A DNA stretch of 32,000 nt from Candidatus Electrothrix sp. GW3-4 (GTDB lineage: Bacteria > Desulfobacterota > Desulfobulbia > Desulfobulbales > Desulfobulbaceae): the NCBI RefSeq assembly GCF_037902255.1, contig NZ_CP147990.1, positions 330,001-362,000 of the forward strand, in the 5' to 3' direction. The position numbers were made by a program, and so were the translations under genes. Shown in pieces: positions 1 through 7,871 of this stretch; within the stretch, counting starts at the first letter, position 1, and each line of letters opens with the position of its first letter. The notes under the pieces are model-generated. The model had not been told where the DNA came from and did no database searches. It saw only the letters and a list, made by a program, of their open reading frames with translations.

Positions 1-466
1 CAGGCCAATTGTCATCAGCAGGAAGGAATTGCCACCAGGAGATAAACGTATTACGGTTGCCTACCGGTAAATTAGCTTGAATGTAATTCAAATAAGAATC
101 TTGATAAGATGAGGCAAATGATTGTAAACCGCTTACTGCCACTGATGTACCATAAGATGCAGAATTCATAGCATTATCCCATTGGCCATAAGTAGCTGAA
201 CCAGCACCAGTATTAATTGGATCACCTGGGATACCTGATTCAAAATCATCAAAAACGATTACATTTGGTGCCTCATTACCAAAATCGGCACCATGAATAG
301 TTATAGTAGCACCATTTGAGACAATTCCATCAATTTTATTTATGGAGGCAGCATTACTTGTTGTGACAAAAGTAAACAACAAAACAGATGCAAAAAAAAA
401 TAGGTAAAATATTTTATGATATTTTAACCCGTCGCATTCCATCATTTTCTTAATATGATCGTTCAT
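1..466 (-). CDS. Secreted protein of unknown function, 5' part only (runs off the window start)
   Basis: Absent from the ORF track because it has no stop inside the window. The minus-strand ATG at 466-464 is preceded by AGGAGG (complement of 472-477) with a 5-nt spacer. My translation is MNDHIKKMMECDGLKYHKIFYLFFFASVLLFTFVTTSNAAS INKIDGIVSNGATITIHGADFGNEAPNVIVFDDFESGIPGDPINTG... This shows a hydrophobic signal-peptide-like segment followed by an IPT/TIG-like 'ITIHGxxFG' pattern. Function cannot be assigned. Confidence 0.65.
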   Translation of the reverse strand, partial: MNDHIKKMMECDGLKYHKIFYLFFFASVLLFTFVTTSNAASINKIDGIVSNGATITIHGADFGNEAPNVIVFDDFESGIPGDPINTGAGSATYGQWDNAMNSASYGTSVAVSGLQSFASSYQDSYLNYIQANLPVGNRNTFISWWQFLPADDNWP

Positions 467-527
467 TTATACCTCCTGTTGTTTTTGGGCACTAGTTCCG
501 TTCGATTCTAGGCACATCATTATGATG

Positions 528-538
528 GGAGCATTCCC
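528..538. repeat. Left copy of the 11-bp target-site duplication ggagcattccc
   Basis: Identical 11-mer at 528-538 and 1977-1987, directly abutting the IS termini. Confidence 0.8.
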
Positions 539-539
539 C

Positions 540-1976
540 AGCAATTATAAATTTGACAACATACTATTTTATTTAACGAATATGTGTTATTGAAAGGCAT
601 GATCAATATCACACGAGTCCTCTGCTTATGCCTTCAGCTACCAACGAATTAACATTCGATACGTTTGTCAATCAGATCCATAGCATATTTGATGAACTCC
701 CGGATTACCGGAAATTCAGCCCAAACCTCACATATTCAATGAAGGATGCGGCGTTAGGTGCGTTTTCCATGTTTTTCAACCAATCCCCATCATTCTTATC
801 TCATCAGCGGGCAATGCAGCAGGCTCACGGGCATAATAATGCTCAAAGTTTATTCGGAATAACACAAATCATGTCGGACAATCAGACCCGCAATCTTCTT
901 GACACCCTTACTTCTGATAATTTTTATCCAATTTTTTCAGAAACTTTTGATCGGCTTGAAAGTGCTGGACACTTGGATCGTTATAGAGTGCTGGATGATT
1001 ATTTGTTGGTTCCGATAGATGGTACAGAATTTTTTCGTTCCTCCAAAATACATTGTGAAAACTGTTCCGTTACTCGTAACTCCAACGGAACGGTAAGTTA
1101 TTCCCATAAGGTTCTTACCCCGGTGGTAGCTGCACCGGACAACAACAAGGTCATCGCTCTGGAACCAGAATTCGTCATCCATCAGGATGGTTCTGCAAAA
1201 CAGGATTGCGAGTTGAATGCTGCTAAACGCTGGATTGAACGGAATTCCTCTTTATCCGCTCGAAAAGTTATCATCCTGGGAGACGATTTGTTTTCCAGAG
1301 GGCCGTTTTGCAACTTATTATTAGCACACGATTTTCGCTTTATCCTGATTTGCAAACCCTCCTCACATACGACCCTTTACCAATATGTTGCCGAACTTGA
1401 AAAGAAAGATGGTATTACAGTAATTTCTCAAAGAAAATGGAACGGAAAATTTCACGAGCTTCATACTTATCGTTATGCTAATAACTTACCCCTCAAGCGG
1501 GGGGATGACGCTCCTTTTGTCAATTGGGTTGAGTTGACCGTCATCAACACCAAAACACAAGAGGTTCTGTACAAGAATTCTTTTATCACTGATTTTAAAA
1601 TAGACAGAACCAATGTTCAATCTATAGTACAAGCCGGAAGAACTCGATGGAAAGTGGAAAATGAAAACAATAATGTCCTCAAAACAAAAGGCTATCATTT
1701 AGATCACAATTTCGGACATGGTGATAAATTTCTCTCGAACACCTTGCTGACTCTCAACTTGGTCGCATTTCTGGCCCATACTTTCCTGGAATTTGTTGAT
1801 AAAAAATACAAAGCCGTCAGATCGGTCTTGTCTGTCCGGAAAACATTTTTTAATGACCTGAAAGCATTAACCAAATATTTATTTTTCAGTAATTGGTCTC
1901 AGCTGATAAATTTTATGTTTGAACAGCTTGAGATCAAAAGGCTATCGACTTGATAATATTAAAATTTAAAATTACT
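540..1976 (+). mobile_element. Insertion sequence (~1.44 kb, IS4-superfamily/ISNCY-like), apparently intact
   Basis: Terminal inverted repeats: agcaattataaatttga (540-556) versus the reverse complement of 1960-1976, agtaattttaaatttta, 14/17 identical. A perfect 11-bp direct repeat flanks the element. The single transposase ORF ends 23 nt from the right end. The left boundary is ambiguous by 1 nt (c539). Confidence 0.8.
628..1953 (+). CDS. DDE transposase (IS4 superfamily / ISNCY-like)
   Basis: 441-aa ORF with an ATG start. The C-terminal block QAGRTRWKVENENNNVLKTKGYHLDHNFGHG fits the R-W-x-V/I-E...K signature of IS4-type DDE transposases. The N-terminal PDYRK...YSMKDAALGAFSMFFNQSPSFLSHQR resembles proteins I recall being labelled ISNCY/IS4 transposases (from memory, not searched). 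Confidence 0.9.
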   Translation: MPSATNELTFDTFVNQIHSIFDELPDYRKFSPNLTYSMKDAALGAFSMFFNQSPSFLSHQRAMQQAHGHNNAQSLFGITQIMSDNQTRNLLDTLTSDNFYPIFSETFDRLESAGHLDRYRVLDDYLLVPIDGTEFFRSSKIHCENCSVTRNSNGTVSYSHKVLTPVVAAPDNNKVIALEPEFVIHQDGSAKQDCELNAAKRWIERNSSLSARKVIILGDDLFSRGPFCNLLLAHDFRFILICKPSSHTTLYQYVAELEKKDGITVISQRKWNGKFHELHTYRYANNLPLKRGDDAPFVNWVELTVINTKTQEVLYKNSFITDFKIDRTNVQSIVQAGRTRWKVENENNNVLKTKGYHLDHNFGHGDKFLSNTLLTLNLVAFLAHTFLEFVDKKYKAVRSVLSVRKTFFNDLKALTKYLFFSNWSQLINFMFEQLEIKRLST

Positions 1977-1987
1977 GGAGCATTCCC
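1977..1987. repeat. Right copy of the 11-bp target-site duplication ggagcattccc
   Basis: See 528-538. Confidence 0.8.
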
Positions 1988-2038
1988 TGATTCTTAATCG
2001 CTGAATAAGTACCTGTAAAACCATTAGCTGCATCGGCC

Positions 2039-2064
2039 AAAAAACTACCGGGGCTTAGTGCCCC
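2039..2064 (-). terminator. Possible weak Rho-independent terminator after the last glycosyltransferase gene
   Basis: The minus strand reads gaGGGGCactaaGCCCCggtagTTTTTT. The stem is 5 bp (2050-2054 / 2060-2064) with a 5-nt loop, and the T6 run starts 5 nt after the stem. Geometry is weak. Confidence 0.3.
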
Positions 2065-2374
2065 TCTGTTGTTACAAACCAATACTTGTCTATTATATCA
2101 ATGTTTACAGCGTGTTGATACGATACAGAGAAATTAATAAATAGAGAATGCTCCCATTATGATGTTCCGTAATAAACTGACATTCGAGCAAACTCGCCTG
2201 TGCCCGCTTTCTGTTATGGTCACCGTACTGAAAGATGCATTTACTGCCGTTTCGGCGGTCACATTCGGAAAAATCAATCAGACTATCGTTTTGTATAATC
2301 ACCTTATTACAAACCGATACACGACTAATTGAACGGAACCAGTGCCGTTTTTTGACATTTCGTTCAAGCACTAT

Positions 2375-3379
2375 TTACAAGTTGTTTCCCTTTTTTTTAG
2401 TGTACTTTATCTGTATTTCTTTTTGTAAATTTTCACTTTGTATTTGCCAATTATTCTGAAGATCATTACGTAATTTTAACACGTCATGTTGTAATTTTTT
2501 GTAATCACGTTTAACTTTCAATATCGCATTGGAAATATTTATTGGATCTAAATCAGTATATACAGTGCCTAAAGAAAATAAATCCTTAGTTGCCACGGTA
2601 TTCGAAAGTACCATCGGAATCCCTAAGGATAACGCCTCGTAAGCACCACAGACCAGACAATCATCTCTCGTTGTTAAGTCTATTATACAATTAGAGTTAC
2701 CGAGTAAATTTATATATTCTAACTCTGGTAGAAAACCTTTGAATACAACATTATGTCCACAAGCAAACTGCTCCGCTCCACCTACTTTACTTACATCCCC
2801 TGTAATAAATATTATAATATCATCAGGTAAATCCTTCGCCGCTTCAAACACTGATAAATAAGGCTCATCACTTGCAAATGTACATATAAAGGTAACAATA
2901 AATTTTTCAGCTTCACTATCATTTTTCAAACTTGTTCCAGTATAATTTAACTCGGGTATTGAATCCGGTAAAATAAAAACCGTTCCTCTATTTTTTTTTA
3001 CAATTTCAGCTAATGACTTATTTGTTACGATTGTCATATCAGCTCTACGATGTAATATATTTAGCAATTGTTGAAAAAAACAACGACCTTTTTCATACCA
3101 AACTACGCCAACATTATGCGCATCAACAACTAGATAATACCTAAACATAGGCCTTGTTAAAAGAGCTAGATAAGCTAAAACCAACGAAGGATTCTGGACA
3201 AAAAGAACACGAGGCCTTTCTTTCATCAGGAGAAAAATTGTCCGAAAAATAAACAAAGGATACTTGACAAGTCTGTGCTTATTTGATTGCCATAACATGG
3301 GTTTTAAGCCAAGACGAGCGGTTAACGTTTGAGATCTTCTGTGTTGTTCCCATGCTATAAACAAAGCGTTATTAATCAT
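2375..3379 (-). CDS. Glycosyltransferase, GT-B fold (GT1/GT4-like)
   Basis: 334 aa with an ATG start. The C-terminal half has the GT-B nucleotide-sugar pocket pattern (FKGFLPELEYINLLGNSNCIIDLTTRDDCLVCGAYEALSLGIPMVLS). It lies in operon orientation with the other EPS genes. Confidence 0.7.
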   Translation of the reverse strand: MINNALFIAWEQHRRSQTLTARLGLKPMLWQSNKHRLVKYPLFIFRTIFLLMKERPRVLFVQNPSLVLAYLALLTRPMFRYYLVVDAHNVGVVWYEKGRCFFQQLLNILHRRADMTIVTNKSLAEIVKKNRGTVFILPDSIPELNYTGTSLKNDSEAEKFIVTFICTFASDEPYLSVFEAAKDLPDDIIIFITGDVSKVGGAEQFACGHNVVFKGFLPELEYINLLGNSNCIIDLTTRDDCLVCGAYEALSLGIPMVLSNTVATKDLFSLGTVYTDLDPINISNAILKVKRDYKKLQHDVLKLRNDLQNNWQIQSENLQKEIQIKYTKKKGNNL

Positions 3380-3402
3380 TTTGAATTCCGATAGAATCTA
3401 TG

Positions 3403-4815
3403 TTAATTATTTTCCAAATAAGCCTTTTCAAGGAAGCTTGTTCGGTAATGTATTCTGTTAAGCATTGATGACACTGATAATGTAAGACCAAAAGCAAACC
3501 ACCAGTAAATTTCGTAAAGATCCATTCCGAATAACCCTAAAAAAAGACGCAGCGCAACAAATAATATTACACTATCGCAAATAGCAATTAAAAATTGTAC
3601 ATCTTTACTATGAAGTAAAGTTTTTTTCTCCAAAATATCGTTACTTATTTTCCCCTTAAATGATTGCATTATTTTAATATCAACAAGTAATTCCTTTCTG
3701 CAATTAAATAGCGTTCTAAATAATTTGTAAAGAACAACAACAATAATAATAATACCTTGAATACCGACGTTTGTTGCAATCTCTAAATATAAATTATGCG
3801 TATCTTGCTTTCTGCCAAATACATCATTCCGTATGGATGGAAAAGCTGAGACCCCAATTCCACAAGGGTGTGTAATAAATATCTCCACCGCATCAGTTAA
3901 AATTTGGATTCTTTTTGCTTTAGAACTATCACCGCCATGTAAGCTTTCATTGTCTTCCGTAGTATCCTCGGCATGTGAAGACTTATAAATAGACTGAAAT
4001 CGAGCTTTGTATTGTTCAGGTATAAAATTTGATATAGGAATAATGGTTACAAGTAAGAACAGAATCACCTTGAGCTTGTGTTGACTTCTTAAAAATGAAA
4101 TCAAAAGAATTCCAAAGAAGCCAATATATCCCGTCCGTGATCCGGTATGTAAAATAATATTTAAGGCAAAAACAAGTTGCATAAGAAGCAATGCCTTACA
4201 CCATTTGTTTACAATAGGATACAAATATAAAATAAAAGGGACAGTCCCAAGTGCCATTCCTGAAAAAGAATTAGGGTGCCTATACATCATAGTCGCACCA
4301 TGTAAGCGCATTACACCTTGATTCTGCCAAACGAGACCTCCGGTTATCTGTCCGACCAGGCCTTCCTGCCCCATTTTCATACAAGCTAACATAAAAGCAG
4401 CAATAAAAAATCGCATCCCATTAGGACTTTTGACAAAACAAGTTATAAAAATCGCCATAAATGAAAATTTAATAATCCTGTTGAAAAATACATTCCATGA
4501 TCGATCAAAATCATAAGAAAATAGAGTCATGATAAAGAGCAAAAGAAAATATACTACAATTGCTGACAGGAGAGGTGATTGGATTTTTGTATTGCTCTTG
4601 CTATGAGTTGTAAAAGCGAGTGGTATCAGTATAGAGGCGACAATAAGTTCAATACGGATGGCACCAAGTGCGTTTATTCTGGTACCTACCTGTAGGTACC
4701 AAATAAGAACATAGCTACAGAAAATCAGTAGGATATACTTTGAAACGTAGGGATATTCGAAATAATCCTGCTCCCACCTTATGTCGTTAGTCTCGTCTTG
4801 TTGCAATTCAATCAC
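3403..4815 (-). CDS. O-antigen ligase / Wzy-type polymerase-like multi-pass membrane protein; its start codon was altered by an IS insertion
   Basis: 470 aa with about 10-12 hydrophobic segments. The block LHTGSRTGYIGFFGILLISF and a large loop are typical of the O-antigen-ligase/Wzy_C family. The present start is GTG (4815-4813), whose first base belongs to the IS terminus. Confidence 0.75.
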   Translation of the reverse strand: MIELQQDETNDIRWEQDYFEYPYVSKYILLIFCSYVLIWYLQVGTRINALGAIRIELIVASILIPLAFTTHSKSNTKIQSPLLSAIVVYFLLLFIMTLFSYDFDRSWNVFFNRIIKFSFMAIFITCFVKSPNGMRFFIAAFMLACMKMGQEGLVGQITGGLVWQNQGVMRLHGATMMYRHPNSFSGMALGTVPFILYLYPIVNKWCKALLLMQLVFALNIILHTGSRTGYIGFFGILLISFLRSQHKLKVILFLLVTIIPISNFIPEQYKARFQSIYKSSHAEDTTEDNESLHGGDSSKAKRIQILTDAVEIFITHPCGIGVSAFPSIRNDVFGRKQDTHNLYLEIATNVGIQGIIIIVVVLYKLFRTLFNCRKELLVDIKIMQSFKGKISNDILEKKTLLHSKDVQFLIAICDSVILFVALRLFLGLFGMDLYEIYWWFAFGLTLSVSSMLNRIHYRTSFLEKAYLENN

Positions 4816-6361
4816 TTAAATGTTGCCCGAAAATATCAAGTTTACCATTTAAAATTATGTAATATGGTTATTTTCATGATTATGAAACCAGTAATAACCG
4901 TTGCTGTAACTCCTCTTTGTAGCGCTGCGGCCCGTTGAACTGTGTTAACATCTGGATGACTCTGCTGGTTTCTTTGGTTGAAATTATTTTTTCAACCATT
5001 CTCTGCTTCTCCGCTAAGGACCTACAATGGTCTGAAATTCCAGGCGGTGAATTGTTTAACAATATGTAGGCGCAATAAACCCAATGGACATGGGATATTA
5101 CGGAAGCAAAATGTTTTGTTGCCACATCTTCGAATCCCAGGAACATTTTCACCTGTTTGTGAAAAATCTCAATCGCCCATCGGATTCGATATCCAATAAT
5201 AATCTGTCTGGCTTTTGCCTTTAAGTCATTGCAGGCTAAATATTTTCTGCGGCCATCCGGCCTTTTTTTAAATTCCGAACAAATTAATTGTACCTTCCCG
5301 ACATAGCGAAGATACCCTACAATTTGTCTGATGCGAAACTCCATTCGCTTTCTTTTCGCACTGTTCGTCGGTACTCGAACAGTTTGCCATTTAGCCCAAC
5401 GATGTTTCCTGAATAAATCAGCAACCTTGCTCCAACCAGATGATTTATTAGTATTTTCATTTTCTCTTTCAGACTTCACGCTCCGGCACTTTTTAAGCGC
5501 GATTATGAATTTCCATTTTTTACGGACAATAGCCTGCTCAATTTTTTTTGCATCATAACCGCTGTCGGCTAGCACAACAATTTCATGAGATTTGTGTGGG
5601 CCGATATATTTCTTAAGATCCAACCCATCAATATACTCAACAACGAGATCGCTCTCGCCCTTATAGGTTAAACCGTTATTTTTACAATACTTTTTACTGT
5701 AAAATGCTATAGGCTTCAGAGGTACTACAATATCGTTAACAACTAATACAATGTTCGTCCATTGATGTCCAATCACGAACCCTTTGCCATGATTGAACTT
5801 TTTTGCATTCTCAGGATGTCGGCTAGATCTTGCCTGTAAAGTGCTGTCAATCAGGATCGCAACTTTCCACGGCACGGTGTTGTCAGCCAAGAATTTATAA
5901 AATTGTTTAGCTTGTTTTTTAGAAAGAGAGTCTAAATTATGTATTGCCACATCTGGATGATTCAATAAGAACTTACTGAACCGAGAAGTGCTCGTATCGA
6001 ACATTCTTGCAGCCTCCGTCAAAGAGTGCTTTCTTTTCGACGTCATCAAAAAAAGAATGTAAAACAGACAGATAAGTTCAGTTCGCTTTTTTAAATCAAG
6101 TTGGATCTGTAGCCAATATACAAATTTTCTATAGTTCACAGCCATCCCCAGTTGTAAATTTTGACGCTTAACGCACTAAGTGCTACTTTAGCGTACAACT
6201 GTCGGGCCATCTTTTCTGTAAAATTTATTATTTTAGCAAGATAATAAGGTGTTGCCTGAAAAATATATTAATTCAAGGTTATTAAGATTTTCAAGAGTAA
6301 GAAAATTACTGTATTACAATATGTTGTATGCTATGATGAAAATTTTCGAGCAACATTTAAG
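4815..6361 (-). mobile_element. Insertion sequence (~1.55 kb, IS4/IS701-like), apparently intact
   Basis: Terminal IRs: cttaaatgttgcccgaaaat (4815-4834) versus the reverse complement of 6342-6361, cttaaatgttgctcgaaaat, 19/20 identical. A 5-bp direct repeat AATCA flanks the element at 4810-4814 and 6362-6366. Confidence 0.85.
4880..6145 (-). CDS. DDE transposase (IS4/IS701-like)
   Basis: 421 aa with an ATG start. The C-terminal IIGYRIRWAIEIFHKQVKMFLGFED matches the Y-R-x-R-W-x-I-E-x2-F-x3-K block of IS4/IS701/IS5-type transposases. DSGYD is a candidate second catalytic Asp region. Confidence 0.9.
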   Translation of the reverse strand: MAVNYRKFVYWLQIQLDLKKRTELICLFYILFLMTSKRKHSLTEAARMFDTSTSRFSKFLLNHPDVAIHNLDSLSKKQAKQFYKFLADNTVPWKVAILIDSTLQARSSRHPENAKKFNHGKGFVIGHQWTNIVLVVNDIVVPLKPIAFYSKKYCKNNGLTYKGESDLVVEYIDGLDLKKYIGPHKSHEIVVLADSGYDAKKIEQAIVRKKWKFIIALKKCRSVKSERENENTNKSSGWSKVADLFRKHRWAKWQTVRVPTNSAKRKRMEFRIRQIVGYLRYVGKVQLICSEFKKRPDGRRKYLACNDLKAKARQIIIGYRIRWAIEIFHKQVKMFLGFEDVATKHFASVISHVHWVYCAYILLNNSPPGISDHCRSLAEKQRMVEKIISTKETSRVIQMLTQFNGPQRYKEELQQRLLLVS

Positions 6362-6644
6362 AATCATTACTATCACCTGAATCCGTGACGCTAATGCAAT
6401 AAAAAGTCACATGATTTAAATCCAATGTATACCGGCCTAAACCGGTAGATTGCTTTGCGCGTAAACGCTTTTAAGGCTGAAGCCATCTGAACTGACCGAG
6501 TACATCCGACTGAAGCTCAGAGGTTCAGGACTTCGAATCGGATTCATCCCAAATCTTGGTGGCCAGGTAAAAAGTCTACCGGGCACTGGGCTCCAACAGC
6601 TGCAAATGGTTCCTTTCAGGACGGTGCTGTGTTAATCTCATGGC

Positions 6645-7652
6645 ATGAATACACTTACCGAACTTCATTGTCCCGAATGTCAGTCATTAAAAATAGAGCC
6701 GTTCAAAAAATACAATACGGTCCATAACGGCGAACGCAGCCTGCTTAAATGCGATGAATGCGACAACGTCTTTTCCGAGAAGATCGGTACGCCCATGCAG
6801 GATATCAAGTCACCGATCAGCAAGGTTGCGTCGGTACTGAAAATACGCAGTGAAGGCATGGGGCTTCGTGCGATCGGTCGCGTCCTCGGAATGCATAAAA
6901 ATACGGTATCGACATGGGAACGGCTGTTCGGCGATCAGAAAGAAACATTGATGCTTTACAGCTTCTGTCACGAGTTCGTTTCGCTTGTCTTCGAGGGCGA
7001 TGAACTCTACACCGTTGTCGGCAGGCGTACCGATGCACATGCCTCGGAAGGATGGACAGCCGTTATCATGGAGCGAAGCAGCCGGTTTATTGTCGATCAG
7101 CGATGCGGTGCCAAAGATGCCGCCCTGTTCGAATCGGTCATGTTGACGGTCTGTGAATATATATCACAGACCGGAGATCTGTCGTTTTTCTCGGACGGAC
7201 AGCGTCGTTACGGTAATACCCTCTTCGCGTTCTGTGCTGAAACGTTACGAACCGGCAAGGCCGGTCGTCCGCCGAAAACGCTGCCGAAGGGAGTAAGGCT
7301 CCGAGTAAAGAATAAAGGCGATCAAAAGCATAAACGCGGTCCGAAGCGGAAGAAGTATCAGGCTCCTCTCCGAGAGCATCCCGAAACAGATCAGGAATTG
7401 GACGATTCGAATATCAATGCGAATCATGTCGAAGCGAACAATGCGGCGATGCGCAGGCGCAACAGCGCGTTTAGATGGCGTACAAACACGTATGCCAAGA
7501 CGGTTCCAGGGCTTCAGCGCACTCTTGATGTATATTGGGTAATCCATAATTTTGTTCGAAAGCACTGGACAACGGGAGAAGTCCCTGCTGTCGCTATGGG
7601 CGTATTGTGTACTCCGTTAGGCCTTGAGGACATACTGATGATGCAAAAATAA
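6645..7652 (+). CDS. IS1-family-like transposase (single fused ORF)
   Basis: 335 aa. It has an N-terminal zinc ribbon (CPECQ...CDECDN), an HTH-like segment (GMGLRAIGRVLGMHKNTVSTW), then EGDELYTVVG and FFSDGQRRYGN as DDE-type blocks resembling IS1 InsB. It is clearly more GC-rich than the flanking EPS genes. The element ends were not found. Confidence 0.75.
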   Translation: MNTLTELHCPECQSLKIEPFKKYNTVHNGERSLLKCDECDNVFSEKIGTPMQDIKSPISKVASVLKIRSEGMGLRAIGRVLGMHKNTVSTWERLFGDQKETLMLYSFCHEFVSLVFEGDELYTVVGRRTDAHASEGWTAVIMERSSRFIVDQRCGAKDAALFESVMLTVCEYISQTGDLSFFSDGQRRYGNTLFAFCAETLRTGKAGRPPKTLPKGVRLRVKNKGDQKHKRGPKRKKYQAPLREHPETDQELDDSNINANHVEANNAAMRRRNSAFRWRTNTYAKTVPGLQRTLDVYWVIHNFVRKHWTTGEVPAVAMGVLCTPLGLEDILMMQK

Positions 7653-7674
7653 GAATTCCCCGGCGGACGAATAA

Positions 7675-7848
7675 AGGAATTCCAGGCTCCTGAAATGCTC
7701 AGTTGAAGTAGTTCGAGCCCACTACCTGGAAGGACTCAACAATAAAATCAAAACGATGAAACGGCAGGCATACGGATTTAGAGACATGCAATATTTCAAA
7801 CTCAGGCTTTATGATATGCACACTTCAAAGTACTCGTTTGCCGGATGA
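7675..7848 (+). pseudogene. 3' fragment of an ISL3-family transposase gene
   Basis: The open frame reads ...EVVRAHYLEGLNNKIKTMKRQAYGFRDMQYFKLRLYDMHTSKYSFAG*. EGLNNKIKxxKRxAYGFR is the characteristic ISL3 C-terminal motif. An in-frame TAA at 7672-7674 and the IS1-like gene lie upstream, so the remaining ~85% of the gene is missing. Confidence 0.7.
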
Positions 7849-7871
7849 ACTTTATCATTGTTGGTTTTATG

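Noticed and set aside
392-400. T9/A9 homopolymer tracts in 5' coding regions as phase-variation switches (also at 20529-20537 and 29041-29049)
   Set aside because: All three encode Phe-Phe-Phe or Phe-Phe-Leu in signal peptides or TM segments, using the TTT codon favoured in this AT-rich genome. Similar runs occur in Lys-rich segments elsewhere. This is compositional rather than a specific switch.
2105-2371. Two overlapping small ORFs on opposite strands: 88 aa on the minus strand (GTG start) and 57 aa on the plus strand (2159-2332, MMFRNKLTFEQTRLCPLSVMVTVLKDAF...), the latter followed by a weak hairpin plus T-run at 2332-2353
   Set aside because: Neither has an SD or a recognisable motif, and they exclude each other. 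The region also contains one arm of the inverted repeat. I cannot support either as a gene from sequence alone.
6515-6550. tRNA-like TTCGAAT T-loop sequence
   Set aside because: The flanking bases (aggac / cggat) cannot form a T-stem, and no acceptor or anticodon arms can be drawn. No tRNA is present in the window.
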